DNA of 52,581 bases from Promethearchaeota archaeon (lineage in GTDB: Archaea > Asgardarchaeota > Lokiarchaeia > Sigyniarchaeales > SOKP01): contig JBHLLT010000021.1 in NCBI GenBank assembly GCA_048938855.1, positions 1 through 52,581 on the forward strand, in the 5' to 3' direction. The notes below the pieces were generated by a model. It saw only the letters and a list, made by a program, of their open reading frames with translations, was not told the origin of the DNA and made no database searches. Both the position numbers and the translations under genes were made by a program. Positions 1-9,178 of this stretch are shown in pieces (the stretch's first letter is position 1; each line of letters starts with the position of its first letter).

Positions 1-84
1 AAAGACAGTTGAGTAATTTTTTATAACTACATATTTTTTATTCTATTTTTTTGTTTTTAATTAAATTTCTTATTAGTTGTAATT

Positions 85-576
85 TTATTTATTGGTTTTT
101 ATCAAAAAAAAAGCCAGAATAATAAGACCTGAGCCGATAAAAGGGGTAATAATACCAACATTAGGTGAATAATCTCCAAACCAATGGCTACCTCCCCAAA
201 TATTATAAAACACTTCCATCTTGATAATCCAAGCTAATGTTGATAGTGTTATGATTATACCAAATATTAACCAATACTTTTTTAATTTTAAAAAACTCTT
301 TGACTTTCTTTTATAAATTACGGTTAACAAAATTACGATACTACTACTTACGAAATTCATCATAGATAAAATGATAGAAAGAGATAAAAGTAAAGGATCC
401 CACCTCCAGAGACTAAGCTCTATAAATGGTTCTAGTCTCAATCCTAATTGGAACATCCATTGAATAGCCAAATTACCTACTGGGTGCCATGTAGTAACAG
501 GTAGGAGAAGTGAAATTAAAGCAATTAATCCTCCAATCAGAGGAATTATCCAAAGTTTTTCCTTAAAATTTCTCAT
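85..576 (-). CDS. Hypothetical 4-TM membrane protein
   Basis: 163 aa ORF with four hydrophobic segments; no recognised motif. Confidence 0.7.
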   Translation of the reverse strand: MRNFKEKLWIIPLIGGLIALISLLLPVTTWHPVGNLAIQWMFQLGLRLEPFIELSLWRWDPLLLSLSIILSMMNFVSSSIVILLTVIYKRKSKSFLKLKKYWLIFGIIITLSTLAWIIKMEVFYNIWGGSHWFGDYSPNVGIITPFIGSGLIILAFFLIKTNK

Positions 577-794
577 ATGAAAAGTTCCTTTTTCTTATAA
601 AATTATTAAATCTTATTTTTTTTAACTTATTTAAAATCTTTTTAGGAAAATGCAATTGATCTGAAATATTTTGACTGCATTTTTACCATATTTCGTGTTT
701 TAAGGTGATTTAACAAGCAGAATTAGAAAATCTTACAAATTTATATAAGATCGCATATCATATAGAAATGTGAATTTCATCATAAGGTGATTAT

Positions 795-1229
795 ATGCCA
801 AAAATTGAAAAGAAGATAGATATTGAATCTACTCCCGATAGAATCTTTAAAATTATCACTAATAGGTTTATGACAGCAAAGTGGAATCCTGCTGTAGAAT
901 CTGTTCTTGAACTTGAAGATAATAAATTACAATTAGACACTGATATTGGAGGCATAACCGTTATCAAATCTGAAGCAGATAAGAACCAATACGTAACTTG
1001 GTATACAGAAAACAGCGATATGAGTTCGATTGGTTATACAATAACACCTAAAAAGGAATATGTCGCAAAAGTTAGTATTTGGGCGGAATTTGATGACAAA
1101 AAGCAATCAAAATTATTTAAGGAAACTATTGATAAAGTTTTGATAGGATTGAAGAAATATGCTGAATATCTTGAAGAGGGAGGAGATCCTGACTTATATC
1201 GAAAATGGGAAGTATTAACTACTCCCTAA
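795..1229 (+). CDS. SRPBCC/START-fold (polyketide cyclase-like) protein
   Basis: Typical N-terminus IEKKIDIESTPDRIF...KWNP and C-terminal helix LIGLKKYAE; AGGTGA SD-like sequence upstream. Confidence 0.7.
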   Translation: MPKIEKKIDIESTPDRIFKIITNRFMTAKWNPAVESVLELEDNKLQLDTDIGGITVIKSEADKNQYVTWYTENSDMSSIGYTITPKKEYVAKVSIWAEFDDKKQSKLFKETIDKVLIGLKKYAEYLEEGGDPDLYRKWEVLTTP

Positions 1230-1280
1230 ATCACTTTTTTTTATATTCCCGATTTAAAAGAGATTAGAATTTTTAAATAA

Positions 1281-2705
1281 TCAAATAATTTTCCATTGTG
1301 GCCCATCTGGAGTATCTTCAAGCTGAATCCCCACTTTTCTCAATTTTTCTCTGATGTTATCACCGAGTTCATAATTCTTTTCTTTTCTTGCCTGTTCACG
1401 AATATCTATAACAATATCCATCAATTCATTTAATTTTACATCTGACCCGACTTCAAATTTAGTGAAATCAAGTCCAAAAATTCCTAAGAGCTCTAGTAAT
1501 ATTTCTTTTGCTTGATTGAGGAGTTCCTTCTTATTATCTAATGAGGAATTTATTTTCTTAATAAATTCGTATATAGCAGCAAGAGCTTTGGGATTGTTAA
1601 AATCGTCATCCATTGCCTCTTCAAAATCATTTCTAACACTTTTAATTGCTTCATTAAGAGTTTCTTTATTTCCGCCCTTAGAATTGTCTATAGCATTTAG
1701 ACAATTTCTTATTTTTTCAATGTTATTCTTTGCATTCTCAATAACTTGAAGATTCCAATCAACTGCAGATCTATAGTGTCCAGACACAAGCCCCATTCTT
1801 ACAATAAGACCTCCATATTCATCAATCAACTCTCGGGCAGTTACATAATTTCCAAGACTTTTACTCATTTTTTTGCCGTTTAAAGTAATAAATTCAGCAT
1901 GCATCCAGTAGTTTACAAATTTTTTTCCTGTGGCTGCTTCGGATTGGGCGATTTCATTAGGGTGATGAGTTGGAATATGATCTATTCCCCCACAATGAAT
2001 ATCTAAAGTCTCTCCTAAATATTTCATTCCCATTACTGAGCATTCTAGATGCCATCCGGGATATCCTTCACCCCAAGGAGAGTCCCATCTCATAATATGG
2101 ATTTGATCCCCTTTTCTTGCGTTTAACCATAAAGCAAAATCAAAATAATTTTTTTTTAACGGATCCTGGTCTACACGTGCCTGAGCTTTTTCTTCATCAA
2201 GTTTTAATCTTCCAAGTTTTCCATAATCTTGAAATTTCGTTGTATCATAATATATATTTCCTTGTACTTCATAAGCATAACCCTTGTCTAATAAGATTTT
2301 AATGACGTCTATCATATCTGGAATAAGTGCTGTAGCTCTAGGGGAGATATTTGGTCTTTGAATATTCAGATCATCAATAACTTCCCAATACTCTTTTATT
2401 TGTATGTCAACTAATTCCCACGGATTGATCTTTTGTTCTTTTGCTCTTTTCTCAATTTTATCTTCGCCTTGATCTGCATCATCAGTTAAATGACCGACGT
2501 CAGTAAAGTTTTGAACGTGGAATACATCATAACCTTTATATGTTAAGTATCTAATAACTACGTCCCATGAGCTATATGTCCTTGCGTTTCCAATGTGCAC
2601 ATCGTCATACACAGTTTGCCCACAAGTATATATTCTAACTCGACCTTCTTCTATTGGTTTAAAAACCTCCTTTTGTCGAGTCATGGTATTATAGATTTTA
2701 AGCAT
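1281..2705 (-). CDS. cysS: Cysteine--tRNA ligase
   Basis: CGQTVYD..HIGNAR, PGWHLECS, HHPNEIAQSEA and KMSKS motifs. Confidence 0.97.
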   Translation of the reverse strand: MLKIYNTMTRQKEVFKPIEEGRVRIYTCGQTVYDDVHIGNARTYSSWDVVIRYLTYKGYDVFHVQNFTDVGHLTDDADQGEDKIEKRAKEQKINPWELVDIQIKEYWEVIDDLNIQRPNISPRATALIPDMIDVIKILLDKGYAYEVQGNIYYDTTKFQDYGKLGRLKLDEEKAQARVDQDPLKKNYFDFALWLNARKGDQIHIMRWDSPWGEGYPGWHLECSVMGMKYLGETLDIHCGGIDHIPTHHPNEIAQSEAATGKKFVNYWMHAEFITLNGKKMSKSLGNYVTARELIDEYGGLIVRMGLVSGHYRSAVDWNLQVIENAKNNIEKIRNCLNAIDNSKGGNKETLNEAIKSVRNDFEEAMDDDFNNPKALAAIYEFIKKINSSLDNKKELLNQAKEILLELLGIFGLDFTKFEVGSDVKLNELMDIVIDIREQARKEKNYELGDNIREKLRKVGIQLEDTPDGPQWKII

Positions 2706-2741
2706 AAAATAATAAAGAATAGGTAAAAATAAGAATTTTAC

Positions 2742-2765
2742 GGAAGATACTAAAATCTATCTTCC
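2742..2765. terminator. Perfect 8-bp stem-loop between the ileS stop and cysS start (possible terminator, processing or stability hairpin)
   Basis: GGAAGATA-N8-TATCTTCC; T-rich tracts follow on both strands. Confidence 0.4.
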
Positions 2766-2782
2766 TCTTTTTCAGTTTTAGG

Positions 2783-5647
2783 TTAATTTTTTACTTCTAT
2801 AAAAACCTCAACGATTTTATTTTCAATTTTTAATTTCTTTATGTCTGTTTTACCTTCTAAGTTTTGAATAATAGTGTCAGCTTGTATCATTTTCTTGATA
2901 TATTTCTCATGTTTTTCTAGTGATTTTGAAATATCTTTATCAACTATTTTTAAATATAGATCAATTCGATTGTTCGTTGAGAGATTGAGTTGTTTTCTGT
3001 AATTGTTCAAATGTCTGATTAGATTTCTAGCAATACCTTCCGATCTTAATGTCGATGTAATTTTGGTGTCTAATTCAACTGTAAATTCTGACTCATCATG
3101 TTTATCAATAGTTACCTTTTTAACATTTATAGCTTCGGCTATAATTTCTAAATATTCGTTTTCAAGCTTTACTCCTTTAATGGTAAGTTCATTTAAGACT
3201 TGTCTTATTGGAATTTTTGCATTATCTCTTAATTCTAATGATCTTTTTACTATCTCTCTTGTTAATTCCATGTTTTTTAGAGTTTTAATATCAATTAAAT
3301 CTTCATTAGATTCAGGCCAAAACTCTAAATGAACTGATTTTAAATTAACAATCCCATTATTCCTAAGTTTCTGGTATATCATCTCAGAAATAAATGGTGT
3401 TAAAGGACCTAATAGTTTTGCTAAATTTGTTAATACATACGACAATGTATTCATTGCTGATAATTTTTCATTTATATTTTCACTCTTAAATCGGTTTCTG
3501 CTGTTTTTAATATACCAAGTAGAGAGATCCTCAATGAAGTTGAATAATAACCTACTAGCCTCTGATGTATCATAATCATCCATTAGTTGCGTAATATCTC
3601 GTATAAGGCTATTCAATAAACTAATCATCCATCGATCTAAAATATTATCTGATTGTAGTTTATCCGCATTAATCTCATCAATATCGATTAATGAATAAAA
3701 CTTTAACACATTAGCTAACAATAAATTAAATCTTCTATAGATTTGTTTCACTATTTCCTCTTTAAAGCTTAAATCTTGAGCCCTCATTAATTGTGATGAC
3801 ATAAGATAAATTCTTAAAGCATCAGCTCCATATTTCTCTATTATCAGGTTTGGGTCAGGATAGTTTTTTTTGGATTTTGACATTTTAGTTCCGTCTTCGC
3901 CAAGCAAATTACCATTTACTACAACATTTTTAAACGGAATTTCGTCAAATAGTAGAATTGATATTACATGCATATAGTAAAACCATGCTCTAACCTGACC
4001 AATATATTCTGATACAAAATCACTCGGGAAATTTTGCTTAAACCATTCAATATTTTCAAAAGGATAATGTTTTGCAGCATAAGGCATTGAACCCGATTCC
4101 AACCAACAGTCAAACACCTCTGATATACGATTCATTACTTTATTGCAACTTGGACATTTAAGATGGATTTTATCAACTATGTGTCTGTGTAGATCAAGAT
4201 TATCTGGAACTTCTTCAATCGCATTTTCTTGTAATTCTTTCACTGATCCAATTACTCTAATTTCATTACATTCTTCACATTCCCAGATGGGCATTGCTGT
4301 AGCCCAAAACCGATTTCTCGAAATACACCAATCAGGAGCGTTCTCTATTATCTTTTGATATCTATATGAAATTTCTTTTGGATACCAATTTATATTTTTA
4401 TTGGTTTTTAAAAGTCTCTGCTTAATTTTTTGAATGTTTATAAACCAAGCATCAAGAGCATTATATATTAATGGTGTATTACATCTATAACAGAAGGGAT
4501 ATGAATGCGTATAATCTTCTGATTCATATAAAAGATTCCGATGATGTAGATCCTCCAAGACCTCACCATCTACATCTTTAAACCATAAGCCAATCCAATC
4601 TTTTGGACCATCGGCTAACTCACCATGCTCATCAATATGTTGAATCATAGGAAGATCATACTTATTTATCATTTCATAATCAAATTCACCATAAAGTGCT
4701 ATATGAATAATTCCTGTTCCTTCTTCAGATAATACTTCATCGCCACCATCAATTACCCGATAACCTTTTTTGTCTCTCATAGTTGAAATTTGATATAAAG
4801 GTTTATACTCCTTATTTAACAATTCTTTCCCTTTAAATTCCTCAATTATTTCATATTCCTCTTTGATGTTTTCTAATTTGTTATTTATTAAGATGAAAAA
4901 TTCACCATTAACCTTTACTTTAACATATAGTTTCTTACTATTTACAGCTAAAGCCACATTTCCAATTAAAGTCCAAGGAGTTGTAGTCCACGCTAGAAGA
5001 AATGTTTTTTGTTCTTCTCTTAATTCAAATTTTGCTATAACTGATTGTTCAGTAACCTCCTTATAACTGTTATCCATAGAAATTTCAAAATTAGAGAGTG
5101 GAGTTTCACATCTTGGACAATAAAACAAGACTTTTTTACCTTTATATATAAGACCATCAGTATATATCTTTTTAAAAATATACCACACAGTTTCCATATA
5201 AGTATTATCCATAGTTTTATATGAATTATCAAAATCTATCCACTTACCCATTCGATCAACAGTTTTTTTCCATTCATTAGCATACCAAAGCACTTTTGAT
5301 CGACAAAATTCATTAAATTCTTCAACACCCATCTGATAAATTTCATTCTTCTGCCTTATATTTAAAGCTTTTTCACAAACACTTTCTATAGGAAGCCCAT
5401 GACAATCCCAACCCCATCTCCTCTCACAACGATGTCCTTTCATTGTCCAATATCTTGGGAATACATCTTTTGTTACAATGCTTAATATATTGCCATGTTG
5501 AGGTAACCCAGTAGCAAATGGAGGCCCATCATAAAATATATAAGGATTATCTTTAGGTCTTTGCTCCACACTTTCTTCAAATATTTTGTTATCCTTCCAA
5601 AAATCTATAAGTTCTATTTCCTTTTCAATATATGATATTTTAAACAC
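2783..5647 (-). CDS. ileS: Isoleucine--tRNA ligase (type 2, archaeal/eukaryote-like) with variant HIGH motif
   Basis: DGPPFATGLP, GWDCHGLPIE, WTTTPWTL, WCISRNRFW and KMSKS motifs; GTG start. Confidence 0.96.
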   Translation of the reverse strand: MFKISYIEKEIELIDFWKDNKIFEESVEQRPKDNPYIFYDGPPFATGLPQHGNILSIVTKDVFPRYWTMKGHRCERRWGWDCHGLPIESVCEKALNIRQKNEIYQMGVEEFNEFCRSKVLWYANEWKKTVDRMGKWIDFDNSYKTMDNTYMETVWYIFKKIYTDGLIYKGKKVLFYCPRCETPLSNFEISMDNSYKEVTEQSVIAKFELREEQKTFLLAWTTTPWTLIGNVALAVNSKKLYVKVKVNGEFFILINNKLENIKEEYEIIEEFKGKELLNKEYKPLYQISTMRDKKGYRVIDGGDEVLSEEGTGIIHIALYGEFDYEMINKYDLPMIQHIDEHGELADGPKDWIGLWFKDVDGEVLEDLHHRNLLYESEDYTHSYPFCYRCNTPLIYNALDAWFINIQKIKQRLLKTNKNINWYPKEISYRYQKIIENAPDWCISRNRFWATAMPIWECEECNEIRVIGSVKELQENAIEEVPDNLDLHRHIVDKIHLKCPSCNKVMNRISEVFDCWLESGSMPYAAKHYPFENIEWFKQNFPSDFVSEYIGQVRAWFYYMHVISILLFDEIPFKNVVVNGNLLGEDGTKMSKSKKNYPDPNLIIEKYGADALRIYLMSSQLMRAQDLSFKEEIVKQIYRRFNLLLANVLKFYSLIDIDEINADKLQSDNILDRWMISLLNSLIRDITQLMDDYDTSEASRLLFNFIEDLSTWYIKNSRNRFKSENINEKLSAMNTLSYVLTNLAKLLGPLTPFISEMIYQKLRNNGIVNLKSVHLEFWPESNEDLIDIKTLKNMELTREIVKRSLELRDNAKIPIRQVLNELTIKGVKLENEYLEIIAEAINVKKVTIDKHDESEFTVELDTKITSTLRSEGIARNLIRHLNNYRKQLNLSTNNRIDLYLKIVDKDISKSLEKHEKYIKKMIQADTIIQNLEGKTDIKKLKIENKIVEVFIEVKN

Positions 5648-5746
5648 CTATCTTACTTATTTTTCAATCTCAATCATTTTAACTTAAAAATTTTAAAAAA
5701 ATAATTTAATTAACATATTTTAGTTTATATCATAAATGTCGAAAGC

Positions 5747-5897
5747 TTTATTCATGAAGCAGGATGTGGAAACAAAAGCTAAGAAAATTCACTTCATAAA
5801 TAAATGAATTTAGATAATAATAATCGTGGATATGATCATAATTATATTTTTTACAAAACCTAAGAATTTACTGATAATATTCATAGCTTCCACATCC
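5747..5897 (-). promoter_or_regulatory. Putative structured ileS 5' leader (attenuator-like, alternative helices)
   Basis: Perfect inverted repeat 5888-5897/5762-5771; 14-bp helix (two G-U pairs) 5791-5804/5747-5760; the two helices cross. Confidence 0.65.
5810..5884 (-). CDS. Putative Ile-rich leader peptide MNIISKFLGFVKNIIMIISTIIII
   Basis: Read by hand: ATG at 5884, TAA at 5812-5810; 10 of 24 codons are Ile, with four consecutive before the stop; lies directly upstream of ileS. Confidence 0.65.
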   Translation of the reverse strand: MNIISKFLGFVKNIIMIISTIIII

Positions 5898-5964
5898 ACT
5901 TTATATTTTAAATAAAGTAAAATGCTCTAAAAAATATTACGGTATTTTACTAATTTTTTTAACT

Positions 5965-7953
5965 TTAATCCAAAAATATATAGTTATGCGCAATTTTTCT
6001 TTTATCCCTTCCTGCTAGGATATGAATATGTTTGATTGTTTTTAGTGACTCCTTACTAAAATTATCAATAGGAATATAAACCAATTCGCGATTTTTAACT
6101 CCTGCTAATGAATAGAAATATCTACGAGGGGGTTCTTTTGCTACATACGCTATATAACGTTCTTTTGAATAATTAATAGCTGCCTTTAGTAGACGTTCTG
6201 CTTTATTTTTTGTGTCTTTATATTCATTGTCAAAATAAGGGTCAAAAATAGATCTTATAAATTTAGCTGGAAAGATTGACAGCAACCCTCCAACTTCTAC
6301 ATGTGTAATCCCAGGACCGATAATATAATCTCCAGGGTTTGTAGAATAGAATGCCATGTCACTCTCTCTATCATGTTCTGCCCACCAAGTCAATTTATAG
6401 GGATATTTTTCTTGTTCTCCATCATCCTTATCAAATATAACAATTATAGTATCGATTTTACCTTGGATTTGTTGAATGTTTTGTACATAAATTTTTTTTT
6501 TGAAAGCCCAATTCCGAATAGTTTCCTTGATCGCTATTCCATCCATTAAACTGGATTTAAATTCCTCTATTTTAATTCTCTGATTTTTTAAATCTTTAAT
6601 TGTTTTTTTTCTAATAAAAGCAAAATAATCTTCTTCTAAAATATCCTCTGGAGGCCAAGAAACTGTGTAGTCTTTGCCTTCTTCCCATTTATTTTTCCAT
6701 TCACCTGGATATTTTTCTTCAGGTCTTTCCTTCAAAGGAATCTCTTTTTCTTCTCCATAACTGTATGGGTGGTGCCTTCTTAATTTTACATATCTACCAC
6801 TTGGATCATATCCTCCTTCTAAAGACATCTTCAAAGTTTCATAATTGTCACTTTCATCATTATACGGATATTTTATCGCCTCTTCTAAAACTTTCCATGC
6901 ATAATCATCATCAATTATGTTTTTCGAAGCAACTAATAATTGAAATAAATTGGGTAATAATCTTTTTTCTGCTATAGAAAGATTCCTAGTATATTGAAAT
7001 AAGGTTTTAAGCTTATGGAGATCTACAAATTCTTTGAATTCTTGCTCATATTGATATTTAGCTTTAATTAAAATGTTCCTTATCAACTCCTTTTTATCAT
7101 AACTACTAAATATCTTATAGAGCTCCTCAGGAGATTCTATATCTTCTAAGAGTTCTTTAGAAAACTGCTTTCTGAACTTCAACCATTTGTAAGTATGATA
7201 TGGTAATTCTCTCAAAAGGTATCTAGCATCAGAACTCCTTATATTGTAAATTTTTACATATTTATGAGGAATTAAATCTAAATTGATATCGTGTAATTGT
7301 TCTGGATTGTCTAAATAATATTTGATGTTTTCCCAATGAGCCATACCAACAATAAGCAAAATTCTGTGATATAAAGGCATCATTTTTAAAAGATGAGCAG
7401 CCATATATTTTTCTCTAAGAATATCTTTTTGAGTGTGGTCATAATTTGCATCAAATTGATCTTGATTTTTAAGGAAATCTTCCAAAATTACATTTTTTCT
7501 GAGTTTTTCTTTCTTTTTTTTAAATTTTTCTTCGAAATAATCAGATATATGATGATAAAATTTCTGAAGGCCAATATGATTAATAGCATAATCATCAGGA
7601 AGTCTGAAACTTGGTGGTAAATACTCTGAAACTGAAAGATCTATGAATTCAATGGGTATATTATGCTCAAGTCCAATTCTTATAGCTTCTATAATTGAAT
7701 CTCCTGGATCTATTGGTATAAAATTTAATTTTGATGGGTTTAAACTGTCAGCATATCCAATTAATGATAAATAGGGTAATCTATCAACAGCTTCAATAAC
7801 TTCTTCTTGAATATTATTTGGTAATTCAACAGCTATTACGTCAGGAAATGCTTTAAATAATGCTGTACGAACTAATTTCGCGAACTCAATACGAGAATGA
7901 AATGTAGGAATTACAAAAATATTTTTAAATTTTATATAAGGATTCTCATCCAT
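5965..7953 (-). CDS. Conserved hypothetical protein with TraB/TIKI-like N-terminal domain; probable partner of the MoxR ATPase
   Basis: PTFH...PDVIAVELP...REKYMA...LLIVGMAHW pattern; overlaps the upstream ATPase by 8 nt. Confidence 0.55.
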   Translation of the reverse strand: MDENPYIKFKNIFVIPTFHSRIEFAKLVRTALFKAFPDVIAVELPNNIQEEVIEAVDRLPYLSLIGYADSLNPSKLNFIPIDPGDSIIEAIRIGLEHNIPIEFIDLSVSEYLPPSFRLPDDYAINHIGLQKFYHHISDYFEEKFKKKKEKLRKNVILEDFLKNQDQFDANYDHTQKDILREKYMAAHLLKMMPLYHRILLIVGMAHWENIKYYLDNPEQLHDINLDLIPHKYVKIYNIRSSDARYLLRELPYHTYKWLKFRKQFSKELLEDIESPEELYKIFSSYDKKELIRNILIKAKYQYEQEFKEFVDLHKLKTLFQYTRNLSIAEKRLLPNLFQLLVASKNIIDDDYAWKVLEEAIKYPYNDESDNYETLKMSLEGGYDPSGRYVKLRRHHPYSYGEEKEIPLKERPEEKYPGEWKNKWEEGKDYTVSWPPEDILEEDYFAFIRKKTIKDLKNQRIKIEEFKSSLMDGIAIKETIRNWAFKKKIYVQNIQQIQGKIDTIIVIFDKDDGEQEKYPYKLTWWAEHDRESDMAFYSTNPGDYIIGPGITHVEVGGLLSIFPAKFIRSIFDPYFDNEYKDTKNKAERLLKAAINYSKERYIAYVAKEPPRRYFYSLAGVKNRELVYIPIDNFSKESLKTIKHIHILAGRDKRKIAHNYIFLD

Positions 7954-8905
7954 TTGAATCTTTGTCAGGTTTATTTACAAATTTATCATAATAATTTTGA
8001 GCCTCATCAATATCCTTAAAAATCCTAAATTCAAAGGACTCGCTTTGTTGTTTTAAAAACTCTTTATAATTTTCTGGTAAATATTTTAGAGCAGCTTCTT
8101 CTAATATCTTAATCACAGAATTTTCAAAAGCAGTTTTATCTATCTCATCTTCATTTTCTTTACACATCAGTCTTGTTTTGATATAATATCTTAAAATATT
8201 AATCCCATCTCTGACTGTATATGGTTCGTCATGTATATGAGCATTCTGAAGGAATTCTACGCAATATTCTAATATTTCCTTTGAGGCAAAGGGTAAATTA
8301 TATTTCAGAATTTTAAGCTCATCAACTTTATTAGGAAATTCGATGTAGATTTTAGGTTGTAGACGAGATTGGATATATTCTGGAATCTCATATGTTGACG
8401 CATCCGCATTCATAGTGACACAAAGCCGAAATTCTGGATGTGCATAAATTCGAATTCCAGCAATTATACTCTCAACATAACGTCTTTTATCCATTAAAGG
8501 AGCTAATGACGCCCAACTTTTTTCACTCATTCTATTTCCTTCATCTAATAAACATACTCCTCCTTTAATCATAGCAGAGACTAAAGAACTTGCTACATAT
8601 GCTATTTTATTATCTGAAGCAATAACAGGACTGATTAATAAATCTTCAGGGCGAGTATCCATAGTACATTGAAACATATATACCTCTTTTTCTAATCTTT
8701 TACCCGCAGCGTAAGCAAGTGTTGTTTTTCCCACTCCCGGTTTTCCAAGAATACGAGGATTTAAAGGTAAATCATCTTTATCAACAACCATCCACGCTGC
8801 TTTCAATTGGTTTATTAAATCATCATTTCCAACCCATTCCATATCAACTTGAGCTGGTTCAGATAATAATAATTCTACGTCTGATATTATTACTTTCTCT
8901 AGCAT
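7946..8905 (-). CDS. MoxR-like AAA+ ATPase
   Basis: Walker A GKPGVGKT, Walker B CLLDEGNR, HPEFRLCVTMN, IQSRL arginine finger. Confidence 0.88.
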   Translation of the reverse strand: MLEKVIISDVELLLSEPAQVDMEWVGNDDLINQLKAAWMVVDKDDLPLNPRILGKPGVGKTTLAYAAGKRLEKEVYMFQCTMDTRPEDLLISPVIASDNKIAYVASSLVSAMIKGGVCLLDEGNRMSEKSWASLAPLMDKRRYVESIIAGIRIYAHPEFRLCVTMNADASTYEIPEYIQSRLQPKIYIEFPNKVDELKILKYNLPFASKEILEYCVEFLQNAHIHDEPYTVRDGINILRYYIKTRLMCKENEDEIDKTAFENSVIKILEEAALKYLPENYKEFLKQQSESFEFRIFKDIDEAQNYYDKFVNKPDKDSNG

Positions 8906-9178
8906 ATTAATTCACATCTATGATTCTTCTAATTAAGGTTATAAAAATTTAATATAAATAATTTTTTGAATTATAATCAAAATATTAATTCGTCGCAAAT
9001 GCATGAAAATCTCTTAATTAGCTCAAATATAAAAAACATAAAATTATCTAATCTATAAAATATATTCAATAATTTCTAAAGATCTTTTAAGAACCATGTA
9101 TACTATGTGTATACTAGATATATCTATTTTATAAGAAGTCTTTCATATCAATAAAGGAATAAGGAAATTAAAGTAAAG

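Noticed and set aside
5700-5960. T-box riboswitch upstream of ileS
   Set aside because: No T-box consensus (GGUGGNACCGCG) or stem I motifs on the coding strand; the uORF explains the region better
9098-9117. TGTATACTA direct repeat in a divergent promoter
   Set aside because: Only 9 bp; could be an operator but cannot be supported from this window
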